Source: Nageia nagi (taxonomy: Eukaryota; Plantae; Pinophyta). From it: a DNA stretch of 64,000 nucleotides. This document shows positions 27,026-36,752 of the stretch, piece after piece. The first letter of the stretch is position 1, and every line of letters starts with the position of its first letter. The notes below the pieces were generated by a model. It was not told where the DNA came from. It worked only from the letters and a program-made list of their open reading frames with translations, and did no database searches. A program made the translations under genes and the position numbers. The DNA lies in assembly GCA_050084985.1 (NCBI GenBank), contig JBITNC010000002.1:18042001-18106000 (forward strand). The letters run 5' to 3'.

Positions 27026-29850
27026 TAAATGGCTAAATTCTTATTCTACCAAGATCACATTTAAGCTCTCTCAAATATCAATAACATAACATCACAAGAT
27101 AACCAATCTCAGAAAGTTGAAATCATATGTAAAGTGGTTCCTCTCATGGAAGAGAGTACATCCACTAATCTAAGATCTTCTTATTCTCAAAGAACACTCT
27201 CTCACTTCTCTTAACAATCCTAGAGCATAACTTTGCTGCAAATTTGAGTAAATAACCAAGTGGAGAGGCCCTCTATTTATAGGGAAAAATCCTTCCTTGG
27301 ATCATTCTTTTAACCAATGTACAATGTCATGACATGCTTAACCTTTTTACCTAAGGGGCATGCTCATGAGATGGATTGTATGACAAGTTACATTATCTTA
27401 TTCACGAATACTTAAAAGGTATCTAGGGATACTTTTAAGTATTAATGAATTTAATCAATAGACCTTATAATAATGCATTATACATTCCAACACTCTCCCT
27501 TAGTGCGATATTGAGGTAGAGTGAAGAGGAAAGAAGAAAGAGAGAGTTCTCCTCCATAGAGATACAATTGTAAATGAAAATATTTACATCTTTGAGAAAT
27601 ACTATCTTAGATTGAGGCTCACCACTTTACCATTTGATAAATGGTTTCTAATACAATCATTAATCTCAATTAGTTTCACTGTACAAAGTAGTCATTCAAC
27701 AACAAGTTGACATGATGATCCTTTATGAGCTTGTCCACTCGAAGTAGGCAACCTCAACTCTCAATAAGAAACCTGCAAGGTACAAGTAACTCATAAACAA
27801 GATTAGTCAGATGTATCACATAAACATTCATATCAACATAAGATAAATGAATCAAGTAATGCCTTCCATAAACTGATCAATGGTGCACTATAAGTCATCA
27901 CAAAGATGTCAAGCCAATACTCATAATCACCTATTGTATAAAAACATGTACTGATAAATGTAAAAAATAGAGCATAAGAATATACAAGTTTTTCACATAT
28001 GGATAACTGAAGAGTGCCAAAATGCATATACTGGTTCCTCACATATGGATAACTGAAAGAATGCTAGAAAAAGCTTCATCATATGCAAAAAAAATGTATA
28101 ACTAGTTCCTCACATAGAGCAAACTAACCATAAAGATGTACATAAAAAGATCAACATTATATAGCTAAAAAACTCTCATAGGGATGAAGTTATCATCACA
28201 TACATGAATTCAAAAAGAATTCAACCTTTACTCCCCCTTGATGGCAACTTCACCAACCTAATAGATTCCTTAAGTTTGCGAAACCAAGCTTAAGAAGGGG
28301 CTTGGTGAACAAATCAACAGAGTTTAGGATTGATGAACAATGTTGTAATTATAGGATACCATCTAAAACCTTCTCTTTGATAAAATATACTTAAATTTTA
28401 ATATGTTTTGTTCTTTGATGGAAAACAAGGTTCTTTTCCAAAGTAATAGTCGATTGATTATTTGAAGAAATCTGAGATGGGTGAGATTGCTCATACTTAA
28501 TTTCTTTCAGAAGATGCCTCAACCAAATAGCTTCTTGGGAAACCTACTACTACTCTCTCCACCATAGAGGTATAATATCAAGCCATTTCAGTCGCAATCC
28601 AAGAAGCTATTTGGTTGAGGCATTTTGTGAAAGAAATTAGGTATGAACAAGCTCACCCATATCAAATTTCTTCATATAATCAATCATCTATTGCTTTGGC
28701 AAAGAACTTTGTTTTCCATCAAAGAATAAAATATGTTGAAATCCAAGCACATTTTATTAGGGAGAAGGTTTTTGATGGTATTATACAATTGCATTATTGT
28801 CCATCAGTCCTAAACTCTGCTAATTTGTTCACTAAGCCCCTTCTTGAAGCTCAATTTTGTAAGCTTAGGGAATCTATTGGGTCAGTGAAGTTACCTTCAA
28901 TGGGGAGTGAAGGTTAAATTCATATCTATGATGATAACTTCATCCCTAGGAGGAGTTTTTACTTGTATAATGGTGATATTTTTATGTATGTATTTGTGGT
29001 TAGTTCATTCCGTGTAAGGAACTAGTTGTACATTTTTTAGCATATGATAGCTTCTACTAGCACTGTTTCAGCTATCTATATGTGAGGAACCAATATGTGA
29101 ATTTTGGTACTATTTAGTTATTGATATGTGAGGAACTCGTATATGCTTATGCTCTATTTTTTATGTTGATTAACATACATTTTTATACAACAGGTGACTA
29201 TGAGTATTGACTTGGCATCTTCGTGATAACTTATAGTGCACAATTGATCAGTTTATGGAAGGCATTACTTGATTCATTTATCTTATGTTTATATGAATGT
29301 TTGTATGATGCATATGATTGATCTCCACTTTCATGGATTCCATCCAACATTTGTGCTTCAAAGCTTTCTTGAATGGTTAAATTCTTATTCTACCAAGATC
29401 ACATGAAAGCTCTCTTAAAGATCAATAACATATTACCACAAGATAGTTAATCTCATAAAGTTGAAACCTAATGTAAAGTTGTTCCTCTCATGGAAGAGAG
29501 TACATCCACTAATCTAAGATCTTTTTATTATCAAAGAACACTTTTTGATAATACTTCTTTCTCACTTATTCTAACAATCCTAGAGCATAACTTTGCTACA
29601 AAATTGAGTGAATAACGAAGAGGGGATGCCCTTTATTTATAAGGAAAAATCCTCTCTTAGATCATCCTTTTAACCAATGTACAATGTTATGACATGCTTC
29701 ACCCTTTTACCCAAGGGGCATGCTCATGAGATGGAGTGTAGGATAAGTTACATTGTCTTATTCACAAATACTTAAATGTATATGGGGATACTTTTAAGTA
29801 TTGGTGAATTTACATGAAGAGACATTACAATAATGTATTATACATTCCAA
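27026..29850 (-). mobile_element. Internally deleted Copia element (same LTR lineage) whose interior is largely a fold-back inverted repeat
   Basis: LTRs about 29370-29850 (5') and 27026-27492 (3'), about 12% divergent; PPT next to 27493; probable TSD AAGAC; inserted in the LINE RT region. Confidence 0.9.
27800..29324. repeat. Long inverted repeat, arms 27800-28538 and 28599-29324, loop about 60 nt
   Basis: Copia RNase H C-terminus (QEAIWLR...FHQR.K...FTKPL) and 3' UTR are present in both orientations around about 28570. Confidence 0.95.
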
Positions 29851-32800
29851 GACTAAGGAGACTGTGGATTTGCATTCAATAACCCATTTTATCCATTCTT
29901 CCTTAAAACTATTTTCTTACAAGATTTGACCCAAAAAATTCCAACTTACCCTATCATACGCCTTCAATAAATCTAACTTTAAGAACATTCACTTGTTCCT
30001 TTTTGGTCCATCTAATGAATTATTTCTTACGTTATCATAATCTCATCTAGTATTTATATTCACTTCACAAAACCACCTTGCTCTAGAGATATGAGATTAG
30101 GTAATATGGTTTGGAGTTTGTTGGCCATCACCTTGGTGATAATCTTGTAGATCATATTACAAATGGTATTTTATATATAGTTGGTTAGGTTATCCATCTC
30201 TCCTCATTTTGGAATCAAAGTAAAAAAAAGTATGTTTGAGGTATTTGAGAATTCTCCCACTTGATCTAGCCTCTTCCATTGCTTTAGTGACATCATTCCC
30301 TATGGTATCCCAAAAGGCTTTGTAGAACACAATTGGTAATTCATTAAGATTTGGGGGCTTCTCTGACTACATGGAAAACACTAATGCTTTCACCTCTTCC
30401 TCTTTGATCTATCTTGTAAGCTCTTCATTATGCTTCAAAGATACTAATATGGTAATACTTCTTAATACTTCCTCTTGAGCTTGTTTGGATAGATTTGGAT
30501 ATGTAATGAACAAAGTAGAAAAATAATTATTAGTTATTTTTTGCATACCTATAATAGTAGTTTCATTGAGACCATTTGCATTGGTAAGAACATCCATTCA
30601 GTTGTAATGACTTCACGATATGGAAGACTGATGAAAGAACTTTGTATTCTTATCTCCTTGTTAATGTAGCCAAGTTATTCTTGATCTTTGCATCCAATAG
30701 ATCTCATATTTCTTATCAAGCTCCTCTTCCTCTTGCATCAAGGCACTTTCTTGAAGAAGTAACTCTTTTGAAATTACTTTTGTGTGTATCCTTTTTTGCT
30801 AGTACTTGCATTCTTCCCATCAATTATGTTATTTGTTGTTGAAAATCTATCTGTTGGGATTTAGTCTAGCCTTTCAACTTACATTTTATATATTTTAACC
30901 TTGATTGTAATTGAATTATTATGTTCCATATGTTGGTTTACCTTGTTGCCACCATTATTGTACAAACTTTGGTAAATCTTTATTAAGAAGCCATAAATTC
31001 TCAAAATTGAATGGATGATTCTTGGGGTGGGGATTTCTGAAGGTGATGTGGATGCTTATCTAGAAGTGATTTGAAGATAAATGATTTAGGATCTCTGAAG
31101 GATAGCTCTAAAGGTGTTGAATTATTTTCTCTATCAATATTTTGTCTATTATTGATTTTATTGGTTGATCTCCTTTCCTTTTATTAGTCCAGGTAGTGCT
31201 ACAACCTAGAAGTGGAATATCAATCAAGTTCAAATTAGTAGCTTGGACAATCAAGAGCTTTCCCTTCTCATTTAATTGAGCTAGAACTTCCTCTTAGTCA
31301 TTCATTAACATATTGACATTGAAATCTCCTCCTAATACTAATAGATCTTTTAGGTATGCTTCTCTTATAGCCTAAATTACCTTTTATTATATTTTTTATT
31401 CGTACACCTCTTGCATATTGTATATATTAACTATTAACCAAACTATGTCTGATTTGCTATCTCCTAGTCGAATCATTAAGATTTCTCTAGTAGATGTTGC
31501 TATGACTTGGTGAAAGGTGTCTTTATTCCACAAGGGAGCCAATCCTCTTGAAAGACTCTGAGCAACTTAGGCTTCATAATCTCCTTATCTCCAACACCTT
31601 CTTAAAATGGTTTGCATTGTTGCAAGAGATGCTTTGGTTTCTTGAAGTAGCATCACTTCTAGGTGGCTATCTTCTATCATCTTTTTAACGGCCAATTATC
31701 TACGATGACCATTTAATCCCCTTATATTCTATGCATCAATAGTCATTGGGAATCCATATTATAAATTTTGGCTATGGATTTCACCAAAGTTGATTCCTTT
31801 AAATGCACTTCTTCTTGTTGCCTTTTGTCCTTATTTGTCCTCCTACCGATTCCTTGATAGTTTTCATTTTTTCGCATTTTCTCCATGTGAGTGATTCCTA
31901 AGGTTGGCTTTTTTATATTTTTCTTTGCTAATCCCAAAGTGACATCATTAGATGTGTGTTGTTCTTGATTGTAAATTATTAATGCTCCACCTATGTCTGA
32001 TTGTGTTGCTTTTTTATACATTGTCTACTACTCATCGATTAATAGGTTTTGTACCTATATAGTTTGTCGATCCTCTTCTCCCCTCCTTACTTGCAAGTTC
32101 TACTATTTTTTCTATTACTATAGCTTGAGGAGGATGATTCTCTCCTTCTTTAGGCTTTTCTATATTTTTTGCTTGAATTGAGATCAATATTTCTTATCCT
32201 TCCATTGGATTCTCTAATCTTAGGATCTCATATTTGTTGGATGGGATCCTCCATTATTGGTGTTGATTTGTATTTGCTCCCTTTTATTGGTTTTCTCCAT
32301 TACCTAGTTACTATTTTTTGTTCCTCTTCTCATAACAATTTGGAATCCTTGTTCACTTCCTTTCTATAAAGGTTAGGTTCCTAGGTTTGGAACTATTTGA
32401 TGTGTTTCATTTGGCTAATTTGGCACAATCTTTGACTAAATAAATGTCCATATTCATGATAAACTCTCCATCTAAATGGAATTGATTCAAAATCTATATG
32501 TTGCTTCCATATGTTCCCTCTTAATCTGAGATCAATTTTTGTTAGTAAATGTTTTCCTAAGTCCATCTCCCAACATTGTCTGGCACAAGTAGGTGAACTT
32601 CCTTATGTTGACTCTCTTGATCTACCAATATATGTACCAAGAAGGTTGCCTATCATTTGTATAATCTCCTCTATCCATTATTCTAAGGGAAGTGCAAATA
32701 ATTTTAGCCAAATTGGGGCTACTAAGGGCTCGATTCTGAGATCAAAAGTTGATCTCCAAGGTTTCATAGATAATCTTGCAAGATTTGACCTTTATCCTTA

Positions 32801-33189
32801 TCAAATACCAATATGAATTATGCCACAAAATACCCATTTAGAAATGTCCACATATCGAGTTCCCCTTGTGATTCCTAATATTTTTTAGGACATGCATAAA
32901 TTTGTATACAATATTACTTGCTACAAGCATTCCTTTTAACTTGCTCAACTTCTATCTCCTTTTTACCCATGGTTTGAAGAAACTTCCAGGCTTATACCTA
33001 CTATTACTACCTTTGATTGCTTCCCAAAAAATTACCTATTGAAATTTCTAAGATATTGATTCATTCTCGAGGATACTCCTTCTGTAAATCCCCCTTACGA
33101 GGATTCTTTCATTCCCAAATTTTTTGCCCAACAATTGAAAATCTTAGATGGTAAAAAAAACTAACTACCAAGCAATTTCTGAAAACGCT

Positions 33190-33290
33190 GACGAAGACCC
33201 TCGCCTCGGTCGCCCGCCGGTTCCCTTACGCGCGCAGGCTGGGGCTTGCAGACGCGTGCGATCCAGAGCTCCTTCGCGTTCATTCCTTTT
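33190..33290 (+). promoter_or_regulatory. GC/CpG-rich promoter or 5' UTR of the HD-domain gene
   Basis: Dense CpG cluster (CCCTCGCCTCGGTCGCCCGCCGG...ACGCGCGC...ACGCGTGCG) 80-180 bp upstream of the ATG in otherwise CpG-depleted DNA. Confidence 0.65.
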
Positions 33291-33365
33291 CTCAACATCT
33301 ATCGAACATTAAAAAAATTGATCTATTTAAAAACCAAGAAAGTAGAACATTTGTTTGATGAAACT

Positions 33366-33515
33366 ATGGAGGTGGTGAAAGAGGCAGAGGCGTTGGTTCA
33401 TTCTGTGATGGGCAATTGGGATGCCTCTCACGATGCATTTCATGCTCTCAGAGTTCGTAAGCTTGCACTTTCACTTGCTTCAGAAGAACAATTACCCTCC
33501 CAGAGCATCGAAATC
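33366..33515 (+). CDS. HD-domain metal-dependent phosphohydrolase (YpgQ/At1g17330-like), exon 1 of 7
   Basis: MEVVKEAEALVHSVMGNWDASHDAFHALRVRKLALSLASEEQLPSQSIEI; donor GTAAG at 33516. Spliced CDS totals 660 nt = 219 aa plus stop. Confidence 0.95.
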
Positions 33516-33598
33516 GTAAGCTTGCTGAACATTTCAATAGTTTTCTTTCTGTCAATGCCAAATTTATCACAAACTTACTTTGCATACGATCTTAACAG

Positions 33599-33629
33599 GT
33601 GGAGTTGGCTGCACTCTTACACGATATTG
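33599..33629 (+). CDS. HD-domain phosphohydrolase exon 2 (HD motif)
   Basis: CAG|GTG...; VELAALLHDI; donor GTAAG; 31 nt. Confidence 0.95.
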
Positions 33630-33768
33630 GTAAGCATTTATATTCTCTCGTTCACTTCAATCTCTGCAATACTGTTTAAAATGTCCGTCTTTTATGCTCT
33701 CATGGTGTGTAGCTTCGTTTTAACGCCATTAGTTTTAATTTATTATTTTTCTCTGGTTCGATTCACAG

Positions 33769-33787
33769 ACGATCATAAGTATTCGAG
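33769..33787 (+). CDS. HD-domain phosphohydrolase exon 3 (19-nt micro-exon)
   Basis: CAG|AC GAT CAT AAG TAT TCG AG|GTGAG gives (D)DHKYS(R); phases match the flanking exons. Confidence 0.9.
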
Positions 33788-33879
33788 GTGAGTCCTACCA
33801 CTTTTTCTTTCGTTTTCCCCTATTTTATTTTGGCATTTGAATTTTTTTTGTTTAATTGATGCCCCTTTCTTATGATCAG

Positions 33880-33977
33880 GGATAGCGGTGAGAGCAAGTT
33901 GGCGGAACAATTTTTGGAGAGCCATGGAGTGGAGCCGATCAAAAGAGAAAAAATAATGGCCATCATCAATAGAATGG
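33880..33977 (+). CDS. HD-domain phosphohydrolase exon 4
   Basis: DSGESKLAEQFLESHGVEPIKREKIMAIINRM(G); AG/GTAAG boundaries. Confidence 0.93.
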
Positions 33978-34629
33978 GTAAGACCGTAGGACTAAGATTT
34001 AATGACGTTCAAAACCCAGATTGCACTACGTATATATAATCAGGTTGAAGTTGCATACAAATACTAGGTTTGGTATTTCAGGAGGGTTTTTTCCATTTGG
34101 ATATTAAAAATTTTGAAGGCATGTTGTGAAATTTCGGCTTAAGGCCACTTGTCTAATAATATAACAGCTTCTGGTTGAATTAGTTTATAAAGTTTACAGG
34201 CTACTTATCCTTAATTGCTTAGTTTTTCACAAACTGCTTAACCATTAGATTTATGAATTAGTACAACTGAAGCAAGAAGCAATGGGCTTTTGTTGTATCC
34301 TGTCATGGAAGAATTTACTGGTATTGCTGACTCAATAGTCTATTTTTTTTAACAAACCAAGTTTAAAAACTCAGAGTTTTGAGGTAGAATATTAGAGATA
34401 AAATACCCAATTTTTTAGCTCAGATGTACTAGTTGTTTTTATAGATTTGGCAAAGTTAAGAAGCATTAATTATAAAATGTTGTAGTAAATACCACGTTTT
34501 CCAGCAAATATGAACTTGATAATACTTACTTCTTGCAAACTATTGCACACATTAGGATTTAATTTTCTTTGCCATCCTGCTATAAAGAGTCTGCATCCTT
34601 GAATATGTATTCTGAATGATCTTGAGTCC

Positions 34630-35930
34630 TATTATTTTTCTAATTCAACAGGAACATATTTCTGATTAACACTAAATGGGAAAATTTGTAGCCTGTCTTT
34701 AAGAACAATGAAATGAAGCTTCATGACTGCCTTGATGAAGATGTCTGCCAACTGATCCTTGGCCTTCCAGTACTTCAACTCAACTTCCTTCTTGTGAACC
34801 AATTTAATAAAGTGATGTTTCAACTTTGCATCTTTTGATTAAACAGTAGATTCTTTGTCAATTGAATAGTATTTACGTTATCACCTTAGGTTGTTGCAAG
34901 TCCTTGTTTCTTCTTCGATTCTAAAAGAATCCTTTGCAACTGGACTGCTTGTGTGCATTTTTTGAGGTTGGTCCTATGTACTCTGCCACAGCCATAGAAA
35001 ACACAACCACAGCTTGTTTCTTTGAAATCCATGTCGTAACTCCACTACCTAATGTAGAACAGTGTTCTGAAGTAGACTTCCGATTATCAACTGATCCTGC
35101 CAAATCCAGATCACTGTAGCCAACCAACTCATCGTGTTCAAGGGAAGAATAATGAATCTTGTATTTCATTGTTCCCTTGCATATCTCAAAATTGTCATTG
35201 CCACTCTCATGTGAACTTATTATGGTTCAGTCATGAATCTAGAAAACAAGGACAAAAAAAACGATATTCAGTCTACTAGCCCCCAAGAGTATATTCAGTC
35301 TAACAGCAGTTAAACACATGAGACTACCAACCAAACATCTGAACCTATTTCTATTCACTCTCCCGCTCATTTTCTTTGCACATCTTTTTTTCCTTGTGCA
35401 AATTGTGTAGGTACTTCTTTGCAATCTTACATTTGAAACTTCTTTAACAGGTCTTGAACATACTTCGTGACAAATGAAGATTCCATCGTTTAATTCATAT
35501 ACTCGCATTCCAAGAATGTAATCCATATGTCCAATAACTGTCATCTCAAACTCTTGATTTATGGCTTGTTTGAACTTTTTAATCAATTTTGAGGAATTAC
35601 ATGTGAAAATCAGATTATCAATACATAAACACAATGAAAATATTGTTACATTCTCTTTTAATAGACAAACTCATTCTTTTATCTTAGAAGCCGTTCTCAA
35701 TGAAGTAGGAATGACTCCTAGATTACCATGCTCTAGGAGCTTTCTGGGCCCTTCAAGGGCTTTCTTCAACTTTTAGGCATGTTCTTTGTTTTCAGCTTCA
35801 AAACTTTATACCTGTACCGCATAAGCCTTTTCTTCAATGTGCCAATTCAAAACGGTACTCTTCACATGAAGTTGGTGCACCTTACTTCGATTACAAGATA
35901 AGTATTTTTAATTGCTTCGATTGCAGGAAG
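34630..35930 (-). pseudogene. Copia RT/RNase H relic in intron 4
   Basis: LCIDNLIF, LVGSLMCLTAVR, LVGYSDLDLAG..DNRKSTS, WISKKQAVV..S.AVAEY and DQLADIF motifs. Confidence 0.88.
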
Positions 35931-36025
35931 GTTTCATAATTGTTTCAACCAACTATTGTTTCCAGTAATCAACATTTTCCAGTTGTATTAGTTGATTTTA
36001 AAGGTTGAACTAGGGTTCATAATTG

Positions 36026-36600
36026 TGGTATTAGAGCTACCTTCTTGGCTAAGTGGGTGGCACATCGACCATGGCCTCCTCTTCAATCCATCACATAGAT
36101 GCTAACTTAAGGACTAAAATTGCCCTATTAGTGGAGAAAGCCATTAAAGCCCCATTGAATGGGATGAATCAAGCTTTTTGGTAATTGATTATGCTCATGG
36201 AAAGAAGGGAAAATGAGGATATGGAAATTGAAATGGCAAGGATGATGAAGATACCAAGAGATCGAGAGACCATAGAAGAGAAGCTAATAGGCATGTTGAT
36301 TATCGAAACTCTTTGGAGGAAGAAGGTATATGCACAAGAATTGAGAAGGAAACAATATAAATTTGGTGGAGTCAATGAGGATATTCAACCCAAGATTTGG
36401 ATGGGCAAGGTAGCCTACTTCTTTCGGCTGAACCCCTTGGAGAATTATGAGAAAATCAAATTTGCAACCCTAAACCTTGAGGGATCAACATTCAATTGGT
36501 GGCAAATTATTCAAGATGACTAGGAAGAGGAGGATGAAGAAGGTGAGCAGTTAGAAATAAATACTTGGGATGAGTCTATAGCCATCTTCTATAAGAATTT
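36026..36600 (+). pseudogene. Truncated Gypsy 5' region: PBS and gag fragment
   Basis: TGGTATTAGAGC at 36026; WMGKVAYFF...EKIKFATLNLEGSTFNWWQ (retrotransposon gag-like). Confidence 0.7.
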
Positions 36601-36752
36601 TGAGGTGTATTGTAATGTTCCCTTTTTTGGAGTTCTGCTCAATTGTGGTTTTGTAGGGATTCCGTCTTCCATAAGCCAGGGATTGTTGGTTCGTTTCTGG
36701 AAATGGATAGAACATCTCCTGCCAATCGTTTTGACAGGTCATACGACATGCC

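Larger units (their letters stand above)
26040..33150 (-). mobile_element. Degenerate L1-type LINE (ORF1 DUF4283/zf-CCHC, APE endonuclease, RT), interrupted by an LTR element at 27026-29850
   Basis: Minus strand: MKPWRSTFD...PIWLKLFALPLE...WKQHIDFESIPFR (32450-32780); NIRGLNG...LLQETK (about 31650-31730); FYKAFWDTIG and ICNMIYKIITKVMANKL (30100-30330); VLINGIP...RGIRQGDTLSP and ITHIKFMDDT (26800-27010). Confidence 0.9.

Noticed and set aside
17364-29324. Inverted repeats as long-read fold-back assembly artefacts
   Set aside because: The arms differ by about 8-16%, mostly transitions, and lie within elements bounded by LTR pairs and TSDs; artefact arms would be essentially identical.
33246-33791. 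Single 181-aa ORF from the track
   Set aside because: It reads through introns 1 and 2 by chance; the true CDS starts at 33366 and is spliced.
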